A DNA stretch of 64,000 nucleotides from an uncultured delta proteobacterium (GTDB taxonomy: Bacteria; Desulfobacterota; Syntrophia; Syntrophales; Smithellaceae): assembly GCA_963753975.1 (NCBI GenBank), contig CAVWEH010000002.1, positions 160,001-224,000 of the forward strand, in the 5' to 3' direction. A program made the translations under genes and the position numbers. Numbering within the stretch: position 1 is the first letter of the stretch; each line of letters begins with the position of its first letter. The notes below the pieces were generated by a model. The model was not told the origin of the DNA, made no database searches, and saw nothing but the letters and a program-made list of their open reading frames with translations. Below, piece after piece: positions 55,167 through 64,000 of this stretch.

Positions 55167-56468
55167 ATGAATTATAATTTTTCTATCAAGAATCTGGGTG
55201 AATGCCTGATTAAATCCCCGCTGAATATCAGCAATTTTACGCAAGATAGGAAAAGATTATTGTTTAACTCCTATTCCGATGACTTTTCATCTTTTTTGGA
55301 TGAAGAAGGGAAACCCCTCTCCGTGGAACTTGCCGGGCCGAGAGCTAAAATTTTTTTTGATCCAGATCAAACAAAAGCGGCAATTGTAACGTGCGGTGGC
55401 CTTTGCCCGGGTATCAATGATGTAATCAGATCAATTACCATGACTCTTTTTCATCACTATCGCGTCAAAGATATTTTCGGAGTTAAATACGGGTTAAGGG
55501 GATTAAACCCGATATATGGACACGAGTTAATAGAATTAACTCCCGATATTGTCAAAGATATAACCAGTATCGGCGGCAGTATCCTTTCAACTTCACGTGG
55601 TCCTCAAGATTCAGTTCAAATAATAAACTCTCTTGCGGAGTCAAAAATCTGCATTCTTTTTTGCGTAGGCGGCGATGGTACCATGCGGGCTGCTGCGCAA
55701 TTAACCGATCTAATTACAGAAAAAAAATTAAAAATATCAATTGTCGGTATCCCTAAAACAATCGACAACGATCTGGATTTAATCGATAAATCGTTCGGCT
55801 TTGATACAGCTATAGAAAAAACCGTAGAAGCTATAAAATGCGCTCATGTGGAAGCCAAAGGTTCCTTCCACGGCATTGGTTTGATCAAAATTATGGGACG
55901 TCTTTCCGGGCATATAGCCGCTCACTCCGCACTGGCCCAAAATGACGTTAATTTTGTTTTAATTCCCGAAGTGCCTTTTGATCTGGAAGGTGAAAAAGGA
56001 TTTTTGAAAGCTCTGGAGGAGCGTATAAAATCGAGCGGTCATGCCGTGGTTTTAGTGGCGGAAGGCGCTGGTCAAACTCTTCTTGGAATGAACGCTTCTA
56101 CTCCGGAAAAAGATGCTTCGGGAAATATTCGTTTGTTCGATATCGGACATTTTTTGAAAAATTCTATAGAGGATTATTTCAATAAAATCAACATGGAAAT
56201 TAATTTGAAATACATCGAACCAAGCTATCTAATCCGCTCCGTCCCCGCCGATGCTTCGGACAGTATTTATTGCAGTTCACTTGGACAATACGCGGTACAT
56301 GCCGGTATGGCCGGTAAAACCGGCCTTTTGGTGGCGCTGCGAAAAGATGAATACGTACATTTACCTCTTAGTGCAGCAAGTTCAAACCGTAAAATAGATC
56401 TCCAAGGCAATGTCTGGTTGCGCGTATTGGAAACTACGGGACAGCCTTCAGCAATGACAAATTGCTAG
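55167..56468 (+). CDS. pfkA: ATP-dependent 6-phosphofructokinase
   Basis: TCGGLCPG, GGDGT, PKTIDND, MGR.SG. Confidence 0.92.
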   Translation: MNYNFSIKNLGECLIKSPLNISNFTQDRKRLLFNSYSDDFSSFLDEEGKPLSVELAGPRAKIFFDPDQTKAAIVTCGGLCPGINDVIRSITMTLFHHYRVKDIFGVKYGLRGLNPIYGHELIELTPDIVKDITSIGGSILSTSRGPQDSVQIINSLAESKICILFCVGGDGTMRAAAQLTDLITEKKLKISIVGIPKTIDNDLDLIDKSFGFDTAIEKTVEAIKCAHVEAKGSFHGIGLIKIMGRLSGHIAAHSALAQNDVNFVLIPEVPFDLEGEKGFLKALEERIKSSGHAVVLVAEGAGQTLLGMNASTPEKDASGNIRLFDIGHFLKNSIEDYFNKINMEINLKYIEPSYLIRSVPADASDSIYCSSLGQYAVHAGMAGKTGLLVALRKDEYVHLPLSAASSNRKIDLQGNVWLRVLETTGQPSAMTNC

Positions 56469-56576
56469 TTTTACACCTTTTTAATAATTAATGAAAAAAT
56501 GAACTATGGAAATAATGCTTGCAAAATATTGCCTTATGTTCTAGTAACGACGCAGTTTTTTGAGGAGGATTTATTA

Positions 56577-56774
56577 ATGTCTCGTGTTTGTGATGTATGC
56601 GGTAAAAAACCGGCTATCGGCAATAGAGTCAGCCATGCTAACAATAAGACAAAAACAGTGTGGTATCCCAATTTACAAAGATTACGTTGCGTGGACAAAA
56701 AAAACGGATCGGTAAAAAAAATAAAAGTCTGCACACGCTGCATTCGCTCCGGATTTGTTAAAAAAGCTATGTGA
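56577..56774 (+). CDS. rpmB: 50S ribosomal protein L28 (Zn-ribbon form)
   Basis: [10 protein letters not shown]...VSHA...PNLQ...CTRC; GAGGAGG RBS. Confidence 0.96.
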   Translation: MSRVCDVCGKKPAIGNRVSHANNKTKTVWYPNLQRLRCVDKKNGSVKKIKVCTRCIRSGFVKKAM

Positions 56775-57564
56775 GGAGTGGCGACCAGCCATAATTCTTT
56801 ATAGTTTGAGCGGTTTCTTGAAGAAATAACTCATCATCTTCATCAATTAGATTTTTTGCTTGCAGAAATAAATTTTTAACGCCTTCATGAAGTAATTGAT
56901 CACTGTTTTGTGAGCCGAATTTGTTTGTATAAAGACGAACTCTTCCTTCAATATTCATAATGCGCTCCATTTTTTCCTTTGTTATATAGAAGGAAGCATC
57001 TTTTATCACTTCTTTAATTTTATCTTCTCCGATAGCATAAAGCCGGTTGAGTGTAGCAGTAAACTCATCAATTTTATTTTTTGCCGTGAAGTTTATCGCC
57101 TCCGCCAAAAGATCAATGGTTTTAAGTGAATTGATTTGATTCAAGATGACAAGATCATAAATCATTTCGATGATCAAATGGGAACGGTAAGCCGCTTCAT
57201 TGTAAGAAATTCCGTTTTTAATAGTATTATATAATTTCAAAATAGAATTGATCAGAGGTTTTCCTTTGGTATAGGAATAGCCTTGGGAATGGGGATCGAA
57301 TTCCTCCTTGTATTCCTGGCAAATGTATCCGTAATGAGCAAGGTCATCGACTAGAAGATGAAATATTACATACGAGGATCGGGGATAGCCTGCCGGAATT
57401 TGCAGAGTTCTTTTTATACTGTGAGTTTGGGAGGAGCTTATTTGCGGGTGTATAGTCAATAAATCCGGCACAATATTATAAATATAAACATCCAAATTTT
57501 TGTTTTCCATATCTGCCGAACCCAAAACCTTCTGCAAAAGATATGTGTGGGTTAGCATCAGCAT
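56767..57564 (-). CDS. Hypothetical protein (possibly Zn-binding helical fold)
   Basis: 265-aa ORF with [19 protein letters not shown]. Confidence 0.7.
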   Translation of the reverse strand: MLMLTHTYLLQKVLGSADMENKNLDVYIYNIVPDLLTIHPQISSSQTHSIKRTLQIPAGYPRSSYVIFHLLVDDLAHYGYICQEYKEEFDPHSQGYSYTKGKPLINSILKLYNTIKNGISYNEAAYRSHLIIEMIYDLVILNQINSLKTIDLLAEAINFTAKNKIDEFTATLNRLYAIGEDKIKEVIKDASFYITKEKMERIMNIEGRVRLYTNKFGSQNSDQLLHEGVKNLFLQAKNLIDEDDELFLQETAQTIKNYGWSPLLT

Positions 57565-57601
57565 AAATTATTTTCCTTTTTACAATTAGTGGAGCCCCCC
57601 T

Positions 57602-58044
57602 CCGGTCGCAGATGACCTTTAGGTTACTGGAGCCGAGGGATTACAAGTCGCGGGATTGATTTCTACGATTTTATATTTATTCTTTAAAGCATCAATGAGG
57701 CCGTTAATGTCCGAAACAAAATCAGGCATGATTGAAATTTTTATTATTGCGGCGTGCGGATCAACCGTTGATACCGTAGCCATTCCTTCATAGCCTTCGA
57801 CAATATACTGTACAATGGCAATATTATGACGATTTAATTTATATAATTTGCTTATCATCTCCAACACGCCTTACCACTGATCTCTTTAAAGATCAAGATT
57901 AACGGCCAAGTGGAGCCTCCGGTCGCAGATGACCTTTAGGTTACAGGAGCCGAGCCGGAGGCTCCCTAAAACAACGCGACCTCCCGCGGGTCACGGCGCT
58001 TTCCTACCCCGGTCGCAGATGACCTTTAGGTTACTGTAGCCGAG
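57602..58044. repeat. Three copies of a 36-bp hairpin repeat (family Y)
   Basis: CCGGTCGCAGATGACCTTTAGGTTACWGKAGCCGAG at 57602, 57919 and 58009. Confidence 0.95.
57619..57867 (-). CDS. DUF4911-like small protein
   Basis: I...QYIVEGYEGMATVSTVD; last residues and stop codon come from the repeat. Confidence 0.75.
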   Translation of the reverse strand: MLEMISKLYKLNRHNIAIVQYIVEGYEGMATVSTVDPHAAIIKISIMPDFVSDINGLIDALKNKYKIVEINPATCNPSAPVT

Positions 58045-58102
58045 AAATTCCCAGTCGCGGGATTGACGCAGGCAGATAAACACTGTATAATTAATAAGAA
58101 AC

Positions 58103-58246
58103 ATGGGGCGATATATGCGCATCGGCAGAATTATACTAATCTTTTTATCCTTATTTGTTTTATCTTGCCAGGCTACCAATTCCAATATCAGAAGCATTAG
58201 TGCCGGTGATGTCAATACATATTTAAGGCAGGCACCCCAAATTTAG
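58103..58246 (+). pseudogene. Truncated lipoprotein remnant
   Basis: MRIGRIILIFLSLFVLSC lipoprotein signal, then an early TAG. Confidence 0.4.
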
Positions 58247-58417
58247 AACGCATCAAAATATCCACTGAACGAGGGCGGCATTTCGCCTCCAAAACAATTT
58301 CCTATTATAGTTAAGTTGAAAGGTTCTATGAAAAATCGGGTACAAAAACTGGATGAAAATCTAATGGTATTATCGAACATTATTCAAAAACATAATTTGG
58401 GAAAAAGTGATGCCAGC

Positions 58418-58445
58418 TTGACATTAAACCCGGCATTGATATGAT
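58418..58445 (+). promoter_or_regulatory. sigma70 promoter of recJ
   Basis: TTGACA-16 nt-TATGAT with extended TG. Confidence 0.55.
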
Positions 58446-58479
58446 ACATGGAGAAGAAAATTAAGATGAAGACAAAAAA

Positions 58480-60253
58480 ATGACGCTACCCAAACAACTG
58501 CCGACAACTCAATGGAAATTGAAAGAATCCGTCAACAAAGATATAGAAGATTCTTTGAGTAAAGAATTTGGCATTTATCCGATCATATCTCAAATTCTGG
58601 CCAACAGGGAAATTCTGGATATGGAAGGCGCCCGCCGCTATCTCTACCCTTCTTTAAATGATCTGTATAGTCCTCTTTTGATGAAAGATATGAAGAAGGG
58701 CGTTTCGCGTCTCTTGAAAGCGATCTACGAACACGAAAAAATAGTTATTTATGGCGATTATGATGCCGACGGGATAACTTCCGTTGTCATCCTTTTCAAG
58801 TTTATCCGGCAAATAACGCCTGATGTATCTTATTATATTCCGGACAGAGTACAAGAAGGTTACGGCTTAAAAATACCTGTAATCGACAAGTTTAAAAGCA
58901 ATAATGTCCGTTTGATTATTACCGTTGATTGCGGTATTTCCGATGCGGAACAAATTGCCTATGCTCAATCAATCGGCATCGATACGATTGTTCTGGATCA
59001 CCATGAAATATCAGGAGCACTTCCTCCCGCTGTCGCTTCCATAAATCCAAATCGCGAAGACTGTCTTTTCCCTTTCAAACATCTGGCCGGCGTGGGCATT
59101 GCCTATAACTTTCTCATCGCCCTGCGCGGCAGCCTCCGCAAGGAAGGATTCTGGAAAAACGAAGATTATCCCAATTTAAAAGATTATCTCGACATTGTCG
59201 CTTTGGGGACTATCGGCGACATCGCGCCGCTTATTGATGAAAACAGAATTTTCGCCAAAATCGGTTTGGAACTGATTACCGAAGGAAAGCGTCCGGGAAT
59301 CAAAGCTCTCAAAGAAGTCAGCGGCGTTGACGGTCAGACAATCGATTCTTTTAAAGCTTCTTTTTGTCTCATTCCCCGCATTAATGCCGCCGGCCGTATC
59401 GCCTCTCCTCTGGATGCGGTCGAATTACTATTGACGGAAAATATGGACGAGGCAAGAATGTTGGCGGAAAAACTGGATGGATATAACCGCCAGCGGCAAT
59501 CAATAGAAAAAAATATTCTAAATGAAATTCTTGAAAAAATCGGCAATATCCCCGATATAGAAAAAATGAACTCGCTGGTTTTTGCGTCCGATAAATGGCA
59601 TCCGGGCGTGGTCGGCATTGTCGCTTCGCGTCTGGTCGATCTTTTCAGCCGTCCGGCATTTGTTATCAGTTTGAATAAACGGTGTGGGCAAAGGCTCCGG
59701 CAGAAGTGTTTCGGATTTTAATATTTATAAAGGAATTCAGCAATGCGCCTCTCTTTTGCTCTCATACGGCGGCCATAGCCACGCGGCGGGGATTTCCATC
59801 AAGGAAGACGATATTGATGAATTTGCCAGTCTTTTGGATGAAATAATTCACGATAGTGTTCAATCTCCGGAACTTATTTCCCAAACATTTATTGATTCGG
59901 AATGTCAGCTTTCCGATATCAATCTGAATTTAATCAGCCAGATGGATATGCTCGCGCCATTCGGCAGCAAAAATCCGGAACCGATACTTTGCGCCCGTAA
60001 TATTAAAGTTTCGTCCCCGTCAATAGTCGGCAATAATCATTTAAAAATGAGACTCACGAGCAAAGGTATGTCTTGTGATTCCATTTGGTTTAGTATGGGT
60101 AAATATCTAACGGCACTTACAGGAGCCAACCTTGACGTTGCCTTTACTCCGCAAATTAATTACTGGAACGGCATTTCCGATATTCAGCTAAAAATGAAAG
60201 ACGTTACTATTCTTTCGCAATATCCAAACTTATGTTTTGTTGAGGAGGATTAA
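58480..60253 (+). CDS. recJ: ssDNA exonuclease RecJ; +1 indel near 59676
   Basis: GDYDADG, TVDCG, DHH, PRINAAGR; shifted frame GKGSGRS, GGHSHAAG. Confidence 0.95.
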
Positions 60254-60255
60254 AT

Positions 60256-60624
60256 ATCAACCCAGCCACTAAAGCAGCACTGTTGAGCGCATTATTATTC
60301 CCCGGCTGGGGACAGTTTTACTTAAAAAAATATAAACGGGGATTAGCATTTCTGCTTCCTGTTGCCGCCGGAACTCTGGCTATTGTCTGGGCAGTGGTTC
60401 AAGTAGCTCTTGCTGTTTTAAAAGCTACTCCTTTCAAAAAAGGCTCCGTTCATTTCAGCGATATAGTCATTCTGACGGTTAATTCCGTCAAGGCGCTTAA
60501 CTTGTTCTACTTAATGTTGATTATAATATTTATGATTCTTCTGTGGGTTTATTCCACTGTTGACGCCTATTTTCTGGGGAAAAAGCAGATTCAGGGTACT
60601 GTTGCCCCCAAAGAATCAATTTGA
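60256..60624 (+). CDS. Small membrane protein
   Basis: AALLSALLFPGWGQFY...W.YS..DAY; RBS points to ATC at 60256. Confidence 0.7.
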   Translation: MNPATKAALLSALLFPGWGQFYLKKYKRGLAFLLPVAAGTLAIVWAVVQVALAVLKATPFKKGSVHFSDIVILTVNSVKALNLFYLMLIIIFMILLWVYSTVDAYFLGKKQIQGTVAPKESI

Positions 60625-60743
60625 GTGGACATTGCTTATGACCTTCCGCTCTGAGTTTCATTAATCCAGCGTCGCTTTGCTTTGCTGGATAATTCGACCA
60701 GCAAGTTTCAGCGCACTTTGTTTCTGAAACTTGCGTCTCATTA
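60625..60743 (-). repeat. Family X hairpin (60692-60741) plus adjacent hairpin modules
   Basis: ATGAGAC-GCAAGTTTCAG-AAACAAAGTGCG-CTGAAACTTGC-TG-GTCGAAT, close to 52734-52803. Confidence 0.85.
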
Positions 60744-61994
60744 CCACTGACGTTGATCAACAATCATCTTCTCCTCCGGTTTGATTTTACCTTTATCCAC
60801 ATATTCTATTTGATCTACTTTAACGGTACAAATTTCTTTAAATACATTTTTAAAACTTTGTTCCCACTGAGCGCTGCCGATTTCCGGCGCGATCTTTTCG
60901 ATAATAATCTTTAATATATCTTCATGACCTTTACGATTCACAACTGCCTGCAACGGAATATTGTTGAATTTTGCTTGAATCATTTTGAGTTGGCTCGGTG
61001 CCAGAAATAAACCACGGACTTTGACAGCATCACCGACGCGTCCCGTAATTCCTGCGAGCCTGTAAGATGTTCGGCCGCAGGGACAAGGCTCAGTAATCAA
61101 ACGTGATAAATCGCCTGTTCCAAAGCGCAGTAAAAAGAAGATTTCGTTGAGCCGAGTAACCACCACTTCACCCAAGTCTCCGGCATTGACGCTTTTGCCG
61201 GTTGTGGAATCAACAATTTCCACAATAGTTTCTTCGCAAATGTGCCAGCCATTCTTCTGCGAGCATTCATAAGCCACATCGCCAACTTCGGTGGCTCCAT
61301 ACATCTGATAAGTATCGATATCGTATTCATTTTCAAAAGAACGGCGCATGTCCGGAAATAAAGGTTCCGCCGCGAAACAGGCTTTTTTCAGACGAAAATC
61401 CTTCTTGAAATCAAAACCCATCTCTTTTGCTTTGATAATTATTGCCATTAAAAAGCTGGGCGTGCCGACATAAGCCGTTACGCGCAAATCTTTTATTAAT
61501 TGCACTTGAATCTGGGAAGAGGAAGTGCCGGAAGGAACAACCGTCGCGCCAACTTTGCGCAGCCCATTATGAAAAGTGAGTCCTGCAGCTACCAAGTGGT
61601 AGGAAAAGGCGTTCAGAACTATATCGGCAGGACCAATTCCCGCGGCAAAAAAAGCGCGTGCCCACAAATAATCATTTTCGGAAAGATGCGGTTCGTAAAC
61701 AGGCCCCGGGGAAGTGAAAATTCGGTCAATGTGCACGGACGGATTTTCCAGAGAAGCGTAAGGGGCATTCTTTAATTGCAACTCCACTAATTTTTCGCGG
61801 GAAGTAACCGGCAGTTTTTCCAAATCCTCTCTTGTTTTGATGCTCTTGGGATTGATCTTGTTTTGATCCAGTATTGCTTTCAGGCGCGCCGATTTTTTAT
61901 AGCCCAACTTCACCATATTGGCGAGAATCTCATCCTGCCGAGTTTTTCTCTCTTTATTACTCCACGATTCTTTTTTATCGAATAGGCGCTTCAT
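60741..61994 (-). CDS. Phenylacetate--CoA ligase family protein (PaaK-like)
   Basis: DLEKLPV, IFTSPGP.YEP, YGATE, GEVVVT, RFGTGDL, GR. Confidence 0.85.
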   Translation of the reverse strand: MKRLFDKKESWSNKERKTRQDEILANMVKLGYKKSARLKAILDQNKINPKSIKTREDLEKLPVTSREKLVELQLKNAPYASLENPSVHIDRIFTSPGPVYEPHLSENDYLWARAFFAAGIGPADIVLNAFSYHLVAAGLTFHNGLRKVGATVVPSGTSSSQIQVQLIKDLRVTAYVGTPSFLMAIIIKAKEMGFDFKKDFRLKKACFAAEPLFPDMRRSFENEYDIDTYQMYGATEVGDVAYECSQKNGWHICEETIVEIVDSTTGKSVNAGDLGEVVVTRLNEIFFLLRFGTGDLSRLITEPCPCGRTSYRLAGITGRVGDAVKVRGLFLAPSQLKMIQAKFNNIPLQAVVNRKGHEDILKIIIEKIAPEIGSAQWEQSFKNVFKEICTVKVDQIEYVDKGKIKPEEKMIVDQRQW

Positions 61995-62008
61995 ATATTC
62001 CCTTCCCT

Positions 62009-62130
62009 TACCCTTTTGCTTTCTTTGGCTAACTTTGTTGGCTGCGTCGTCGGCTTCCTCAACGTATTTTCATATACGCCTCCGGTGCCTCCTCCTTGCC
62101 GCCTCGTTATCCTTTGAAATCGAAAGGGTA
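62009..62130. repeat. Hairpin repeat family Z copy 2
   Basis: Shares GGCTAACTTTGTTGGCT...CCTCCTTGCC...GTTATCCTTTGAA with copy 1; outer inverted repeat TACCCTTT/AAAGGGTA. Confidence 0.85.
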
Positions 62131-62167
62131 TTATTTATAATGAATAATTTTTATGTCTCCAGAATAT

Positions 62168-62242
62168 CTTTAATGCCTCAATAACCGACGCACTTTAGCG
62201 TGTTCGGCACCGTAAGGCACGCAGTTGATTGACTTGTTAGGC
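62168..62242 (-). mobile_element. attC: attC site, last of the array; R' box degenerate (ATTAAAG)
   Basis: GCCTAAC includes the gene stop; internal palindrome TCAATCAAC...GGTTATTGA. Confidence 0.75.
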
Positions 62243-62764
62243 AAATTTATTTTTGTTTATACACTGCCCAATATATTTCCATCGTTCAGGAGCTTGCATT
62301 TTTTTACTACGAACAGTTCTTCCTGAAGATAGCTTAACCTCAATGAAAAAATAAGGTGTAAACATTGCATTAAGAGGGTGTTCGTGCAGTTTACAACTTA
62401 ATTTTACCGGTTGATATAATTCTAGCTTGATTGATTCACTTTCCATGAGGCGATAAACAACCCCGCCATACCAAACATTTGGATAAAGGCTGGGTCTAAG
62501 TAATGGGTTGTGAATATGTTTCATTAATATATAGCGCAGTGAATATGTTCCTCTTGCGCTACATTGAAGGATATATTGGGTTTCTGTGCTTCTATTTGTA
62601 ATTCTCGCGCCAATTTCGTCTGGACCAGCATCGGCAAGAAATATTTTAAAAGAAGGTTCGATATGTATCGGGCGAAGCCATTGATACAGTTTTCGCACAG
62701 CAAATAACGCTGCAATTAAAGCAGTTATAACGCCAGCTAATTTAAGTATGGCTTCTATTCCCAT
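62237..62764 (-). CDS. Integron cassette ORF, N-terminal TM, unknown function (175 aa)
   Basis: ATG 62764 lies just inside GTTAGGC; the longer ORF-track start crosses the attC. Confidence 0.75.
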   Translation of the reverse strand: MGIEAILKLAGVITALIAALFAVRKLYQWLRPIHIEPSFKIFLADAGPDEIGARITNRSTETQYILQCSARGTYSLRYILMKHIHNPLLRPSLYPNVWYGGVVYRLMESESIKLELYQPVKLSCKLHEHPLNAMFTPYFFIEVKLSSGRTVRSKKMQAPERWKYIGQCINKNKFA

Positions 62765-62781
62765 TAATTTTTTATTCCTAT

Positions 62782-62839
62782 GCCTAACGAAATAATCACT
62801 AGCGCGAAGTACTGAGTCCGCACGAGTGACTTGTTGTGG
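62782..62839 (-). mobile_element. attC: attC site
   Basis: CCACAAC...TCACT...AGTGA...GTTAGGC, 58 bp. Confidence 0.85.
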
Positions 62840-62840
62840 A

Positions 62841-63254
62841 TTATTTGAATAATAAGTGCCATGCATCCCTGAATTTACTGTTTTTCAATTTGCCATAGCC
62901 TATGCAAGTCACCTCTGGTCTTCCTGTCCATTTTGTTAAAAGGCTATCTACAAGTAATGATGGTACGACAAATACATCGGGTGGCACTTCGACTTGATCG
63001 AATTTATTCAAATATGATACCAAGACAAAAAAATGATCTTTCTTTCTCAGCTTTGGGTTCAATGGCCAATTTGTTGTATTCTTTAATCCCTTAACGTCAA
63101 TAGTACAAGTTCTGCCATCTGGATGAGCAACAATGAGATCGATTTCTTTTGTATGTCCAAGGGTAATTGTTACAATATATCCAAGGCGAAAGAGTTGAGA
63201 GGCAATGTAGAATTCCGCAGCGAGATTAGTATTCTGAGTATTTTGTTTTATCAT
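62841..63254 (-). CDS. Integron cassette ORF: PD-(D/E)XK nuclease-fold protein
   Basis: AAEFYIASQLFRLG, IDLIV, IDVK motif order. Confidence 0.75.
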   Translation of the reverse strand: MIKQNTQNTNLAAEFYIASQLFRLGYIVTITLGHTKEIDLIVAHPDGRTCTIDVKGLKNTTNWPLNPKLRKKDHFFVLVSYLNKFDQVEVPPDVFVVPSLLVDSLLTKWTGRPEVTCIGYGKLKNSKFRDAWHLLFK

Positions 63255-63271
63255 CGTTTATCCCTTTCTAT

Positions 63272-63331
63272 CCACAACGTTGCTAATCAGCCGCGCGGCT
63301 TTTTGCGATCCGTTGAAAGAGATTGTTAGCA
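63272..63331 (-). mobile_element. attC: attC site
   Basis: TGCTAAC (includes stop)...GTTGTGG, 60 bp. Confidence 0.85.
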
Positions 63332-63874
63332 CCTCCCCTTCTTCTTAGATGTCAATCTCAACAGAAAATTATTGAAACGATCTAAGACAGGATCTAAAAA
63401 ATTTTCATTTTCTTTAAGATCACCACGTTTTGATTCCGCTTTTACCGTTTCCCATTCCTCTTTCAAAAGTTGCTGTGTAGTTTGGATAAGCTCATTTAAA
63501 GAATCTTTAAGTTCATATCTTTTTGAGGTATCAGTCAATTCAGGAATCGTTTTAATTAAATCTTCTATTTTACGTTCTAATTTACTTTCCGGGTCAGGAT
63601 TTAGTTGAAGCCTTATCAAATGCCTTAGTTTATCAATTTGCTTTAACACCTCTCTTTCTTCCGGTTTATTTCGGAGATTTGAATAACACCAATTGTATGT
63701 TAATCCGCAAAATGTCGATATGTTTTGTCTCAGGGTTTTAATCCATTTTACACGTTCGCTAGTGACAGTATTTATAAAGGTAGTTCGTCGGCTTTGCCTA
63801 TAGTTCATTACAATGTTCCATAGGCCAATAATGAAGGTGAGAATTATACCTATTGCGTAAAAAAGGTCTTTCAT
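63326..63874 (-). CDS. Integron cassette ORF, N-terminal TM plus helical domain, unknown function
   Basis: 182 aa, AT-rich, bounded by GTTAGGG and an attC. Confidence 0.8.
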   Translation of the reverse strand: MKDLFYAIGIILTFIIGLWNIVMNYRQSRRTTFINTVTSERVKWIKTLRQNISTFCGLTYNWCYSNLRNKPEEREVLKQIDKLRHLIRLQLNPDPESKLERKIEDLIKTIPELTDTSKRYELKDSLNELIQTTQQLLKEEWETVKAESKRGDLKENENFLDPVLDRFNNFLLRLTSKKKGRC

Positions 63875-63890
63875 AGTGGCATCCTCTGAA

Positions 63891-63930
63891 CCCTAACATT
63901 TAATATATCAACTTGGTATTTTAAGGAATT
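63891..63930 (-). mobile_element. Candidate attI (first recombination point)
   Basis: GTTAGGG preceded by non-palindromic AT-rich sequence containing a second GTT (GTTGATA) 15 nt upstream. Confidence 0.5.
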
Positions 63931-64000
63931 TGATGAAAATATACTTTATTTCCCAATAAATTAAAATATAAATTTGTATTTTAAAATCAATATAAAATCA

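Noticed and set aside
57912..57965. Hammerhead ribozyme or riboswitch
   Set aside because: CAGATGA rather than CUGAUGA and no GAAA core; no aptamer consensus I recognise (Rfam scan not run)
57602..58044. CRISPR array (three 36-bp repeats)
   Set aside because: Gaps are 281 and 54 bp, one contains a gene, flanks are themselves repeated or palindromic, and there are no cas genes
62765..62866. Long N-terminal extension of the cassette ORF in the track
   Set aside because: It runs through the attC and the previous gene; ATG 62764 fits cassette structure

Overview
This looks like chromosomal DNA of a deltaproteobacterium (gene order and content suggest Syntrophales/Smithella; inference). (1) 1-17.2 kb is a sigma54-controlled acyl-CoA/dicarboxylate catabolic cluster: hbd, thiolase, glutaryl-CoA-dehydrogenase-like gene, sucCD, gcdA, acyl-CoA dehydrogenase, crotonase, sdhCAB, an activator, an HMG-CoA-lyase-like gene and a fused CoA-transferase. 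(2) 17.5-36.5 kb is housekeeping: tRNA-Val, thrS-infC-rpmI-rplT-pheST-ihfA, dtd, guaB, dnaE. (3) 36.4-40.4 kb is an accessory hotspot. It holds a small island bounded by a duplicated gene 3' end, a probable selenoprotein missed by the ORF track, a CapV/patatin remnant, an intact DUF5343-like + Swt1-HEPN gene pair (candidate defence module) and a probable dif site. (4) 40.4-62 kb is housekeeping (cbpA-like, iorAB, apgM, hom, recG, purMN, pfkA, rpmB, recJ). (5) 62.2-64 kb is an integron cassette array with three attC sites; the integrase is not in the window. Intergenic regions carry three families of miniature, covarying hairpin repeats that nest inside each other and often abut stop codons. 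At least seven single-base indels break conserved genes and are probably sequencing errors. Family names are from recognition, not from database searches.
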